From the sequence record DRR723986_18833: a stretch of 47,836 nt of DNA; one strand, written 5' to 3'. Below are positions 37,679 to 47,836 of this stretch, one piece after another (position 1 is the stretch's first letter; each line of letters opens with the position of its first letter). The translations under genes and the position numbers were made by a program. The notes beneath the pieces were generated by a model. That model made no database searches. It had not been told where the DNA came from and saw only the letters and a program-made list of their open reading frames with translations.

Positions 37679-40021
37679 CTAATTTTGATTTTTTAATATC
37701 TCCGAGTTAGACGTAGAAGTATTGCTTAGCTGGAGTTCCAGCTTACCGCCCTTGGTAATCTGACTATGGCGAAGAACATAGCCATTGAGCGGCTGCCCAT
37801 TCAAGAGAAGTGAGTGAACGTACACATTATCTTTGCTGATATTTTTCGCTTCGATGGTGAAAGTAGCATCGGAATAAAAGTCCGGATTCAATTCAATAGT
37901 GATTTTATCGAACACAGGACTTCCAATGAGATATTCAGGATTTTCATCTGTGCCTCCATTCATTTGAAACAAGCCCATTTTCATCAAAACAGCCAAACTT
38001 CCCATCAGACCTTGATCCTCATCTCCATTGTAACCTGTAGATGGTGACAGCCCACTAAAGGTTTTCTCAACCACTTGGCGGGACCAGTATTGAGTAAGAT
38101 CAGGTCGGCCTAGTTTGTGAAATATAAATGCAGTCTGAATCGAAGGTTGATTTCCGTAATTGATAGGAATTCTTCTATACTCCGGATGCTCCTCCAAGTC
38201 ATGGGATGTACCTGCCGTAAAGCCCAGTTTTTCAGCTTCCTCAAATTGTGAATTCAACTTATCAACTGCTTTGGCAGGTCCTCCCATCAATTCTGCCAAT
38301 CCTTCCAAATTGTGCGGTACAAACCAAGTAGCCTGTGCACCATTAGCCTCCACAAAACCCACCTTGTAAGCATAAGGATCATAGTTTTCAAACCATTTGC
38401 CATCCACATTTTTTGGACGCATCCAGCCTGTAGACTCATCGTAAACATTCCTGAAATTATCTGAGCGCTTTAAGAAATACTGGTATTCCTCCTCTTTGCC
38501 GAGCTTCTTAGCTAACTGTGCAAGCGTCCAGTCCTGATAAGCGTACTCCATGGTAAGACTTGCTCCATCCTGATGACCTGCCAACACTCCTTCAGGAAGA
38601 GGGTAAGGCACAAAGCCCTTTTCCAAATAGTATTTTAAGCCGCCGCCAAGATTTGTTTTATGCTCGTAACCCGCCTTTTCCATTATTCCACCTGGCATGT
38701 GATTCTTTTTCAAAGCCTGGTAGATATTTTCTAAATCTTCGGTGATTAATCCCTCCTGGATTGCACTGACGATGAATGGTGTGCTGGAAGCACCGGTCAT
38801 CACATAGGTATAATTACCTCCAGAGGGACCACGGGGAATCAAACCGCCATCTTTGTAATACTGCAAAAGTGAGTAAACAAATTGCTTTTTGATCTCCGGA
38901 TAAACAAGGCCCCAGAGAGTATTGATGGTCCACTGTGCCCCCCAAAAAGAATCGGAGTTGAATTGGTTGAATTTAGGTTTCCCATTAGCATCCAGGGGAA
39001 GCTGCCCAATCCTGAATTCCGCACCAGTATTGTCTGGGTAGGCGCCATTGAAATCACTGATGATTCTTCTTCCCTGCAGCGCATGCCATAGATCAGTGTA
39101 AAATCTTCTTTGTGCTTGTTCACTACCACCTTCGATTTTAATCCTGCCTAATAGACTATCCCACTCACTTTTTGAATCCGCTACCACTTGGTCAAAATCC
39201 CAATGTGGCAATTCCTTTTCAATATTTAGGCGGGCGTTTTCTGCAGAGGTGTAGGAAATCCCTACTTTCATATACACATCCTTTTGATCACCATTTAGTT
39301 TAGCAAGGTAGTTTCCGGTCTTTTCATCTTGGTTGATTTCCGCAATCCCAGCATCAAGTTGTACATTGAAATATACTGTTACGGGTTTAGGTCTTCGACT
39401 TGTCGAAGTCATAACTACTTTGCCCGATAGTTCTTTTTCCCCGATTTTCTTCAGCTCCCCATCTTGATTTTCACATGGTCCTAAGAGGGTGTTTAGGTTA
39501 AATAAAATTGCTGCCTGATCATTGGCAGGAAAAGTATAATGATGCAGACCCACACGCGTAGTGCTTGTAATTGCTGCTTGGATCTCATATCTATCCAGCT
39601 TAACATATTGATATCCTGGAGCTATTTTCTCGGTTTCATGGCTGAATTTGGAATAAAAATCTTCATACACGGATTTTTCATTTTCAGTTGAAATAGTTAC
39701 CGGCATTACCGAAACCCCAGCAAGTTGCCATGCATGAATGTGACTAAATCCCTTGATAGTATCCGTCTTGTATCTGTATCCACTACCCCATGCTCCATTA
39801 ATTTCTGTATCTGGACTGAGATTTACCATACCAAAAGGCCTGCTGGCTGAGGAAAAGAAGAACCACCTAGAGTTCTCTGTATCAAGTGCTGGATAAACCT
39901 TGTCTGAAAAAGACATTCGATCTGTAGGTTTGTCTCCAGATGTAACTTCTTTAATACAAGAACTCAATGTTCCCAACGCCAGACAAAATATAATTTGTAT
40001 ATATAAATTTTTATTATGCAT
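37679..40021 (-). CDS. GH92 alpha-mannosidase-family lipoprotein
   Basis: Lipobox LSSC; PFGMVNLSPDT, GFSHIH, FYTDLWH, TMEYAYQDW, FVEAN..Q.TWFVPH, YGNQPS, GDEDQGLMGS, IGSPVFD. Confidence 0.92.
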   Translation of the reverse strand: MHNKNLYIQIIFCLALGTLSSCIKEVTSGDKPTDRMSFSDKVYPALDTENSRWFFFSSASRPFGMVNLSPDTEINGAWGSGYRYKTDTIKGFSHIHAWQLAGVSVMPVTISTENEKSVYEDFYSKFSHETEKIAPGYQYVKLDRYEIQAAITSTTRVGLHHYTFPANDQAAILFNLNTLLGPCENQDGELKKIGEKELSGKVVMTSTSRRPKPVTVYFNVQLDAGIAEINQDEKTGNYLAKLNGDQKDVYMKVGISYTSAENARLNIEKELPHWDFDQVVADSKSEWDSLLGRIKIEGGSEQAQRRFYTDLWHALQGRRIISDFNGAYPDNTGAEFRIGQLPLDANGKPKFNQFNSDSFWGAQWTINTLWGLVYPEIKKQFVYSLLQYYKDGGLIPRGPSGGNYTYVMTGASSTPFIVSAIQEGLITEDLENIYQALKKNHMPGGIMEKAGYEHKTNLGGGLKYYLEKGFVPYPLPEGVLAGHQDGASLTMEYAYQDWTLAQLAKKLGKEEEYQYFLKRSDNFRNVYDESTGWMRPKNVDGKWFENYDPYAYKVGFVEANGAQATWFVPHNLEGLAELMGGPAKAVDKLNSQFEEAEKLGFTAGTSHDLEEHPEYRRIPINYGNQPSIQTAFIFHKLGRPDLTQYWSRQVVEKTFSGLSPSTGYNGDEDQGLMGSLAVLMKMGLFQMNGGTDENPEYLIGSPVFDKITIELNPDFYSDATFTIEAKNISKDNVYVHSLLLNGQPLNGYVLRHSQITKGGKLELQLSNTSTSNSEILKNQN

Positions 40022-40249
40022 TATTTTCTAGTTAAACCGAGGCTCTAAAAATTTTCATTTCTATGAAAGCCAATAAAACTCCAATGATTCTTTTAAAACT
40101 AATTAATGTACTTTTTTGGGTTTTAGGTTTTGTACCAAAAAACCTCTTTTCCTTTTAGCTAATTCATTCTTCATTTGTCGAATTGTATTGTTAAGTGGTG
40201 ATTATAAAAAGCATGACAAACCATAGCTGATAGTGGGAAAGAGGCAATT

Positions 40250-40279
40250 AAAAGGCAGACGAAAAATTCGTCTGCCTTT
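40250..40279 (-). terminator. Hairpin terminator between susD and GH92
   Basis: Perfect 13-bp stem AAAGGCAGACGAA-aaa-TTCGTCTGCCTTT, 57 bp past the susD stop; short U-tract on the minus strand. Confidence 0.75.
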
Positions 40280-40336
40280 ATAAACAAAAAACCCATACTA
40301 GTTAAACTTGTCCTGATTATGTTCTAAATGCATGAT

Positions 40337-42181
40337 TTAGTATCCACTATTTTGAGAAATAGAAGGAATAGACCTGTCAATCTCCTTCTGAGGAATCGGA
40401 CGCAGGTAATGCTTTTCTTGCAATTGCCCAACTACCGCAGTCCAAGGGTTCATTTTTTTGGTTCTTTCGATCAGTTTTTCAGTTCTTTTCAAATCAAACC
40501 AACGGCTATATTCGCCCATCAATTCCCTCGCACGTTCATCCAGGATCATATCAATATCCAGATTTCCTTTTGCTCTATAAGATACAGCTTCTAGTGAAGC
40601 TAAGTTTGCGGGCTCCGCCGCACGCATAGGATCACTTCCAGAATTAGCACCCAAAGCTCTATCAACGATGGTATTATAATATGCATCTGCTCCTCCTAGA
40701 TTTCCATTACTAGCTCCTTTCACTATAGCTTCTGCTGCTATTAAATAAGCTTCTGCTGAACGGAAAAGAGCCAAATTGAAAGTGCCTTGGGCTTCATCAT
40801 AAGGAATGCCTGGCTCCCAGAATTTCCACATCAGTGGAGTCATATCCTTAATATGATAAGGGGTCAAGTCATTAATACCGATTTCATCCAGGTTCAATAC
40901 TGAATAACGCTTGCTACCACCTACGTCCATACCTTTTTCGGCATTACTCACAGGTTTGGTCCACGGCGGGAAATACATCACCGTGTCCCCTTTCGCGATA
41001 TTGATTTTGTTGTTCGGATTGCTAAGATTAGGCACAAAATCACTAACACTCGTCATTGCATACATTGCTTCAATGAAATTGTGATGGTATCTGGTATCCA
41101 GCTCCGGATCAAATAGTCTATAGGTTGCAGGAGTGACGATATAGTTATTTCTGCCGCCATTACGGTTGTATTCAGAGGTCCTTCCCAATGAACCAGGGAT
41201 ACTTTCAGCATCACCTCCGAAAATAGAATGGTAGTCATTTCCTACCTGATACTCACTAGGCTCATCGTCGTCAGATCCGTTAGTCAAAATATTATCGCTA
41301 AACTGGACTGAAAAAACGATTTCAGGACTTTTATCATTCTGATCGGCAAAGGTTTCTTCAAGCGGGTTTTCGGCACGAAGGGGAAATAGTTTGTGATATT
41401 CTAACTCCAGCGGGTAACCGGAAATGATCATATCGGCATACTTCACAGCTTTGTTGAAATCCTCAGCTGTTCCTCCTAGAGAATTGTTGAAATTCCAGCC
41501 TCTAGTAAGGTGAACTCTCGCCAAGAGAAACTGTGCTGCGCCTTTTGTAGCTCTGCCATATTCAGTAGCCCCTTTCACGGGAAGTACAGCTTCTGCTTCT
41601 TCCAGATCCTTGATTATTTGATCATACACTTGCGATGCAGGCACCTTTATCACTTCTCTGCTAGCCGTGGTAGTTTCCACTAAAGGCATTGGAATATCTC
41701 CCCATTGCTGAACAGCATAGAAATAAGCAAAGGCTCTAAGAAATTTGGCTTCTCCGACTCTAGTAGCTAATAAATCCGGATCCATACCTTGAACACGGTC
41801 CTGTCTTGAGATTGCAGTATTTGTTCTGGCGATTTGCTTGTAAAGCAAATCCCAAAGCGCAGTAGCCTGCCCCAAATTTGGAGTAAAGCGTATATCATCA
41901 TACACATTTAATACACTACCCTGATTTCCTGATGTTGCCTCGTCCCAGGCTTTGCCGGTAAATAAATCTGTGCCCATAAACACCAAATCTCGCTCCTTAT
42001 GAATTTCTCTTAACTTGGTATAGTTGGACCGGATTAGATCTTCGAATCCCTGTGGAGTAGTGTAATAATTATCCGTAGTCTGGTAGGACAATGGATCTTC
42101 ATCCAGAAAATCATCACAACTGGTTCCTAAGAAAGCTATTAAGGCCAGTGCTATTGTATATTTTTTATTAAATAGTTTCAT
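40337..42181 (-). CDS. susD: SusD/RagB lipoprotein
   Basis: Lipobox GTSCDDFL, GEAKFLRAFAYF, WGDIP, RATKGAA, FRSAEAYL, ILDERAREL.GE..RWFDLKRT, LRPIPQ.EI, QNSGY. Confidence 0.96.
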   Translation of the reverse strand: MKLFNKKYTIALALIAFLGTSCDDFLDEDPLSYQTTDNYYTTPQGFEDLIRSNYTKLREIHKERDLVFMGTDLFTGKAWDEATSGNQGSVLNVYDDIRFTPNLGQATALWDLLYKQIARTNTAISRQDRVQGMDPDLLATRVGEAKFLRAFAYFYAVQQWGDIPMPLVETTTASREVIKVPASQVYDQIIKDLEEAEAVLPVKGATEYGRATKGAAQFLLARVHLTRGWNFNNSLGGTAEDFNKAVKYADMIISGYPLELEYHKLFPLRAENPLEETFADQNDKSPEIVFSVQFSDNILTNGSDDDEPSEYQVGNDYHSIFGGDAESIPGSLGRTSEYNRNGGRNNYIVTPATYRLFDPELDTRYHHNFIEAMYAMTSVSDFVPNLSNPNNKINIAKGDTVMYFPPWTKPVSNAEKGMDVGGSKRYSVLNLDEIGINDLTPYHIKDMTPLMWKFWEPGIPYDEAQGTFNLALFRSAEAYLIAAEAIVKGASNGNLGGADAYYNTIVDRALGANSGSDPMRAAEPANLASLEAVSYRAKGNLDIDMILDERARELMGEYSRWFDLKRTEKLIERTKKMNPWTAVVGQLQEKHYLRPIPQKEIDRSIPSISQNSGY

Positions 42182-42213
42182 ATTTTTAATTTTTACTGTC
42201 CGAAATAAAATGA

Positions 42214-45201
42214 TTAGAATGAGACATTTAATCCAAACAAATAGGCCGCGGTAGGTATACCATCATTGTAAGTACTGGAGTTAAATTCCGGATCCAATCC
42301 ATCAAAATCGTAGAAAACAAACGGATTGCTCACCTGAGCATACATTCTAAATTTGCTGAAACCCATTTTATTCAAGGCCGTTCTTGGCAAGGTATAGCCG
42401 AAAGTAATGTCTGAGATTCTTATAAAACTTGCATCTTGATATTGGATTGGTGTTCTATATGGGTTGGGAACGCCTGGGCCATAGTATTCATTGGAAGGAT
42501 TATCGACAGTCCAATAATTCAGGTTTAAAGCATTATATCTCCCGGCTCCTATTTCACCCATTGTACCGCTCAACATGCTATTTCTAAACATCGCACCCTG
42601 ACTGGTGTAGATCAGAAAAGACAAATCAAAATTGCTATAAGTGAATTTATTTGTCATACCCATAGTCCAATCTGGCTGTTGAGAACCAAGTATTGTCCTA
42701 TCGTCTATACCCTCATTAGAAGAAATAACACCATCACCATTTTGATCGACTACCCTCACTGATCCCGGTACTTGACCATACTCAGCAGCAGCAGCCCTTT
42801 CACTCAATTGCCAAATTCCATCAAACTTATAATCATAGTGAGACTGCAGTGGGTGACCTACAAATAAACCAGTGGCAATATCCGCCATGATTCCATCACT
42901 ACCAATGGAGATTACCTCATTCACATTTTTGGCAAAATTGATATTTGTAAACCATTTGAATTTGGTACCAACCACATTCACAGTATTCAATGTCAATTCG
43001 ACACCTCTATTAGCTACTTCACCAATATTAGTTGTAACACTGCTGAATCCTGAAGAAGTAGGAATTTGTTCGTTGTAAATCAAATCCACGGTATTTCTGA
43101 AATAAACTTCCAAGGCACCTCCAATTCTATTGTTTAGAAAACCCATATTTAGACCGAAATTCAATTCCTTACTTTTTTCCCAGCTCAAAGACTTATCGGC
43201 CAAGTTCTCTGGCGCAAAACCGAAGGCAGGAGCGCCATCAAAATCATAAGGCGTTTTAACCAGTCTAGCTTGTGTGCTGTAAGGGGTCACTGCACTATTT
43301 CCAACATAACCGTAGCTTACTCTCAGTTTCAAATCAGAAATAGCACTTAAGTTTTTGATGAATTCCTCATCACCCAATCTCCACGCTACAGCAGCGGAGG
43401 GGAAAAAATCCCATTTGTTACCTTCACTTAGCTGAGAAGCTCCATCCCAACGACCGGTAAGTGTTAGTAAATACTTATCTTGGAAACCATAGATTACCCT
43501 TCCCATGTAGGAAAGCAAAGATCTTTCGGTCAACCTCGTGTCTAATTGTGTAGGTCTTCCTGTCCCAAAGGCATACCACAAGGAATTATAAGGAATCTCA
43601 TCTACGGAGCTGTCCAGCTCTTCAAATCTCTCTTGAAATGTACTTTGCACACCTGTAATAGTGAAATTATGATCACCTAGCTGTTTTTTATAGGTGATTA
43701 TATTATCCAATGTGAAATTGGAGATATCATCTGTTTGGTAAAAGGCTCTAGGCAATCTGGTAGTTGCACGATCCTTGGTCATAGTACCTCTGAATTGGCC
43801 CCATCTTGAATTACTAATTCCTGCGGAAAAAGAGGATCTGATAGAAAGGCCTTCAAATGGAATTAATTCCAAATATGCATTTCCAAAGAAAGAATTTGAT
43901 CTGGTTTCATCCTGGAAGTTTTCCTTATCTATTTCGAGTAGAGGACTTAAAACCTGCTTATCATTAATCCCCATCCAAGCAGCATATCCATTCCATGAAA
44001 AATCCTGATTCTCATCCGGATTGAGAATATCATCATACAACGCTACACCAGTTGGACGTGCACGGTAAGCACTTCTCAAGGCTTCGTTTGATCCCAACTC
44101 GGTTTTTGAAACACTGTAATTAGCTGTAAAGCCAACATTTAGGAATTTAGTCAACTTGCTATCCAAACTTCCTTTGAGGTTATATCGCTGAAATTTGGTG
44201 TTTTGCAAGGCTCCACCTTCATTCAAGTAACCTCCGGAAAAGTGGTAATTAGTATTATCACTTCCACCCCCCACGGATAAAGAATGGTTTGTCTGAAGAG
44301 CAGTTCTTGAAATTTCATCGAGCCAATCTGTAGTCTGACCAGAATTGACTAAACCCAACTCAGTCGAAGTGAAAGGAAGGGTTTGAGTGTAGCCGTTTAG
44401 TTCACGATCTATCACACTTGCCTTGTAGAATTGTTGCGCATTCATCATTTCTGGTAGGTGGGCAGGTGTCTTTACCCCCACATAACCGTCATAGGTTACA
44501 ACTGGCTTACCTTTTATTCCTCTTTTGGTAGAGATTATAATTACACCATTTGCGCCTCTAGAACCATAAATAGCCGTGGATGAAGCATCCTTCAAGATAT
44601 CCATAGACTCGATATCTGCAGGATTGAGCGCATTGATATCACCGCCCATTACACCGTCAATGACTACTAGTGGTTCGTTGCTATAATCTATAGAACTTAA
44701 GCCTCGTATATTAATATTATATCCTGCACCTGGCCGGCTACTTTGTTTGGTGACTATCACACCTGCAGCCTGTCCTTGTATTGCTTTGGCAGCCTGAACT
44801 GGATTTGCACGAACAATATCATCCGACTCTACTGAGCCAATAGCCCCAGTCACATCTTTCTTTTCTACCTCACCATAACCGATGACGACTACTTCCTCCA
44901 TTCCAGTGACATCGAACTCCATGGTCAAATTAATCACAGACTGGTTGCCAACCTTTATTTCTTGGGTGAGAAAACCAATAGAACTAAATACTAAAACAGC
45001 ATCTTGGTCTGAAACTTCCAAAGAATAGCGACCGTCGACATCAGTAACAGCACCTCCTGTAGTTCCTTTAATAAGAATGTTAACCCCAGGTATGGGGAAA
45101 TTTGAATCATCGGTCACAAGGCCCGATATCTTTGTCTGTGCATAGGACATAGTAAACATGCCTAGCAATAGAAGAATCATTATGGGTTTACGTTTTTTCA
45201 T
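42214..45201 (-). CDS. susC: SusC/RagA TonB-dependent transporter
   Basis: EEVVVIGYG, LNPADIESMDILKDASSTAIYGSRGANGVIII, WDFFPS, C-terminal GLNVSF. Confidence 0.97.
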   Translation of the reverse strand: MKKRKPIMILLLLGMFTMSYAQTKISGLVTDDSNFPIPGVNILIKGTTGGAVTDVDGRYSLEVSDQDAVLVFSSIGFLTQEIKVGNQSVINLTMEFDVTGMEEVVVIGYGEVEKKDVTGAIGSVESDDIVRANPVQAAKAIQGQAAGVIVTKQSSRPGAGYNINIRGLSSIDYSNEPLVVIDGVMGGDINALNPADIESMDILKDASSTAIYGSRGANGVIIISTKRGIKGKPVVTYDGYVGVKTPAHLPEMMNAQQFYKASVIDRELNGYTQTLPFTSTELGLVNSGQTTDWLDEISRTALQTNHSLSVGGGSDNTNYHFSGGYLNEGGALQNTKFQRYNLKGSLDSKLTKFLNVGFTANYSVSKTELGSNEALRSAYRARPTGVALYDDILNPDENQDFSWNGYAAWMGINDKQVLSPLLEIDKENFQDETRSNSFFGNAYLELIPFEGLSIRSSFSAGISNSRWGQFRGTMTKDRATTRLPRAFYQTDDISNFTLDNIITYKKQLGDHNFTITGVQSTFQERFEELDSSVDEIPYNSLWYAFGTGRPTQLDTRLTERSLLSYMGRVIYGFQDKYLLTLTGRWDGASQLSEGNKWDFFPSAAVAWRLGDEEFIKNLSAISDLKLRVSYGYVGNSAVTPYSTQARLVKTPYDFDGAPAFGFAPENLADKSLSWEKSKELNFGLNMGFLNNRIGGALEVYFRNTVDLIYNEQIPTSSGFSSVTTNIGEVANRGVELTLNTVNVVGTKFKWFTNINFAKNVNEVISIGSDGIMADIATGLFVGHPLQSHYDYKFDGIWQLSERAAAAEYGQVPGSVRVVDQNGDGVISSNEGIDDRTILGSQQPDWTMGMTNKFTYSNFDLSFLIYTSQGAMFRNSMLSGTMGEIGAGRYNALNLNYWTVDNPSNEYYGPGVPNPYRTPIQYQDASFIRISDITFGYTLPRTALNKMGFSKFRMYAQVSNPFVFYDFDGLDPEFNSSTYNDGIPTAAYLFGLNVSF

Positions 45202-45767
45202 AAGTATGATTTTAAGAAATACAAATATTCAATCGTTATTGAATGCTGTGAATAAAATGGAAATGGCTGATTTGAAAATGGATTTTTCAGTCAAAAACAT
45301 GGATAGATTTGGATTATATAAAAAATATCATGCAAATGAATATTTTCATAGCGCTGTATTTCAACCGCTTACGTTTTAGGAAGGATGTAAAATCTTGGCT
45401 GTAGAAAAAAGAATACATTGAAGATTTTGAAATAGAACGATGGTTTGCAGGGGTAATTCAAATTAATAAACCTTAGCCCATTCTTATAGTAGACCAATCC
45501 ATGCCTCGTCAATTTCAGGTAGTAAAAAATTATATGTCATCCAGACAAGTCGGTGAAACTTTAGGCTTAGTACGAAATTATGGTTTTGATATGGGAGATG
45601 TCTTACCCCTCTCGATCCAAGCATCGATTAAAAGCATATGCTGCTGGGTGCCTATATTGCATACATTACCTGTGGCCTCCTTAAAAATCTGAAAAAAATT
45701 GGCAAGCAAGTGCCTAGAAGTTGCTTAAAAATAATTTAGCCATAACATATAGTATGAGGTATTATAC

Positions 45768-47162
45768 CTACTTACTTTCTGTTACAGATAGTGGTCGGAT
45801 CTTAATATTTTTAAAAGAAACCAAATTCCCATGATCCTGTAACAGAATTTGTCCTTTATCCAATTCCCCAAAATCTTTCCACTTCACATATTTACTCTCA
45901 GCCACTAATTTTCTGTATTCTGGGCTTTTACGCTCGAACTCTAAAACTTTCACTCCATTCAACCAATGTTCTACATGATTATTTACAGATTTGATAGTTG
46001 CAGTATTCCATTCGCCAACTGGATTAATAGGCTTATTGATATCTGCCTTAATTAAATCATATAGAGAGGCCACAGTTCTGCTTCCTTCATGATTCCCCAA
46101 TTTAGCATCGGGATGCAAATCATCATCCAAGATCTGATATTCCAAACCCGTTGTTGCGCCAGCACCCTTATTTAGTTCGGTATCAACATAATATTTAATG
46201 CCGCTATTGGCTCCTGGCGTGAGCTTAAAGTCTAAGGAAAGTTCAAAATCACTATAGAACGCCTCTGTCACTATATCACCGCCTGCCCTATCACTCTCAT
46301 TTTTGCCTGCTAGAATAGACAAAACACCATCCTCCATTACCCAGCCTTTATCGGGAAAACCATCTATTTTGGCTCCTTTCCAGCCTTTGGGTGTTTTGCC
46401 GTCCCAAAGTAATTCCCATCCATTTTTTTTCTCATCTATAGTTAAGCTGTTCTTAGTTATCACTGGCTTCAAAGGCGACTCAGTTGTATATCGACTCAAA
46501 TTTTCTGTGAGAATTCGGATATTCTTCCATTTAATATTCTTTCCCTCTAGCAACTTATCTTTGACGCTATGCACCTGCAGCGCAATAAATCCAATGGCTG
46601 TTTTATCATCAATAAGATAAGCTGCCGGCACATCATTGATCCATGTTTTGATGGTGTCTGAAATGGCTTCAATTCTGTAATGATTCCAATCATTTTGTTT
46701 AAATGCCTTTTGGGCCTCAGCGTTATCTGTCAAGGGGACCAACCAACCTCTTCTGGCTTCATCAAAGATTCCTGCGCTCCACGCTCTTTCTGAAGGATCA
46801 ATTTCTATTTGGTACCCGTGGACTCTGCCATTTCGGTAATGATCAAAACTATTACTTCTGATCTGGATGCCCGAATTCATAGAAGGGTAGACCAAATAAT
46901 CTAATTCCAAGATAAAATCACCATATACTTCATCAGTTCTTAAAAATGAATTAGGTGTATTTCCCACTGTAGTTCCTACTATTAATCCTTCCACCACTGT
47001 GTAGCTCGCTTCTCCACCTATTGTATGCCAGCCTTCTAAATTCTCACCATTAAATAATTCGACCCAAGGTGTTTGATCATCATGCTCCGCATTGCAAGCG
47101 AATAGACTGATAGAAATCAAAAATGCGCCTAAAATTTTAAAAGCTTTAAATTTAATCATCAT
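45768..47162 (-). CDS. DUF1080 (3-keto-disaccharide hydrolase family) lipoprotein, two tandem domains
   Basis: Lipobox LFAC; LFNGENLEGW...NSGIQIR...GFIALQVH, then LWDGK..GW...NSGIKY..EYQILDD...GQILLQDHG..VSFKNIKIR. Confidence 0.9.
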   Translation of the reverse strand: MMIKFKAFKILGAFLISISLFACNAEHDDQTPWVELFNGENLEGWHTIGGEASYTVVEGLIVGTTVGNTPNSFLRTDEVYGDFILELDYLVYPSMNSGIQIRSNSFDHYRNGRVHGYQIEIDPSERAWSAGIFDEARRGWLVPLTDNAEAQKAFKQNDWNHYRIEAISDTIKTWINDVPAAYLIDDKTAIGFIALQVHSVKDKLLEGKNIKWKNIRILTENLSRYTTESPLKPVITKNSLTIDEKKNGWELLWDGKTPKGWKGAKIDGFPDKGWVMEDGVLSILAGKNESDRAGGDIVTEAFYSDFELSLDFKLTPGANSGIKYYVDTELNKGAGATTGLEYQILDDDLHPDAKLGNHEGSRTVASLYDLIKADINKPINPVGEWNTATIKSVNNHVEHWLNGVKVLEFERKSPEYRKLVAESKYVKWKDFGELDKGQILLQDHGNLVSFKNIKIRPLSVTESK

Positions 47163-47694
47163 GTGAAAGCATCAATATATTGAAGTATGTAAAGCCGTCT
47201 TTCTACCAATCCTGAAAGGTAGTCAAAGCAATGTATGATATGTTAAACGTAAGAATTGAGACCACTTCAGTCTTGGGTTTCCCAGTAGCTACCGAGAGGT
47301 CTTCCAACCTGATAAGCAAAGATTCTAAGGTGACTGGCATTATTACGGATAATCATATTTTGAAGTAATAAAATTTTTCAAACCTAACTTATTTTAAAAA
47401 TCTTATTATGGATTATTTATCCAAAAATATAGAAAGTCAAGATCAAATAGACCCCTGAGTTTGATATAAGACAGATTTAGGGTTAAGAATTTGACCTTTA
47501 TGAGAATTAAAAAAAATTCATTTGAAAACTGTTCAAAAAGAAGGAACAGGATAAGATAAAAGATCAATACTATATTTTCATACCCTAAGCTTGATCTTAC
47601 CCCAAAATCAATAAAAAGGGTGGGAGCAAATTTGTATCAACCAGACCCTTGGGAAATAGATTTAAATCCACAGCCCGCATCAAAAATCTTATAA

Positions 47695-47724
47695 AACAAA
47701 AAAGCCGATCATTACTGATCGGCT
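47695..47724 (-). terminator. Rho-independent terminator directly behind a tRNA 3'-end remnant
   Basis: Minus strand: AGCCGATCA-gtaa-TGATCGGCT followed by TTTTTGTTTT. Confidence 0.8.
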
Positions 47725-47726
47725 AG

Positions 47727-47747
47727 TGTAGCGGGAACAGCGCTACA
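47727..47747 (-). mobile_element. Putative att site (tRNA-fMet 3'-end duplication) of an integrative element lying to the right of the window
   Basis: Minus strand CTGTTCCCGCTACA resembles the 3' end of initiator tRNA (recalled as ...GTCCTGTTCCCGCTAC) but has no T-loop upstream; it sits in a 7-7-7 inverted repeat TGTAGCG-GGAACAG-CGCTACA. Confidence 0.6.
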
Positions 47748-47836
47748 AACTTCTCTTGATTTTCAAAGACTTATAAGAAAAGGGGGACAGGTTCATTTTG
47801 CTTTTGCATTTTTAAATTTATTTGAATTGAACCATT

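Noticed and set aside
45158-45692. Small + strand ORFs (45158-45379, 45501-45692) between susC and DUF1080
   Set aside because: Opposite strand to the flanking genes in an AT-rich promoter region, one overlapping the susC start; no protein-like motifs.
460-46620. Many short ORFs (60-185 aa) in the six-frame track, e.g. 460-798, 10579-11136, 16781-17203, 18250-18684, 46303-46620
   Set aside because: Nearly all lie antisense or out of frame within well-supported genes and show no recognisable motifs; treated as shadow ORFs.

Overview
Bacteroidota carbohydrate-utilisation region (SusC/SusD pairs, a hybrid two-component system and TAnnTTTG promoter elements); there is no CRISPR array, rRNA, intact tRNA or transposase. 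(1) 25-31345 looks like one large D-apiose/apiogalacturonan locus. It has a PL1 pectate lyase, a DeoR regulator, a FucI/AraA-family isomerase, a split transketolase, a ribose-type ABC importer with DUF2291, an FGGY kinase, a GH140-type apiosidase, five secreted DUF1593 nucleoside-hydrolase-like paralogues, a secreted protein made of four ~134-aa repeats I do not recognise, an AraC gene paired with a gluconokinase-like protein whose ATP motifs are degenerate, and SusC/SusD. (2) 31750-45201 on the minus strand is a second, convergent PUL: SusC, SusD, GH92, an uncharacterised 554-aa protein and the HTCS. (3) A DUF1080 lipoprotein follows, and at the right end a probable tRNA-fMet 3'-end att remnant still attached to a terminator. 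The best candidate for new biology is that the DUF1593 array encodes an undescribed family of apiofuranosidases; this is an inference from gene context and fold. All family calls come from motif recognition, not database searches.
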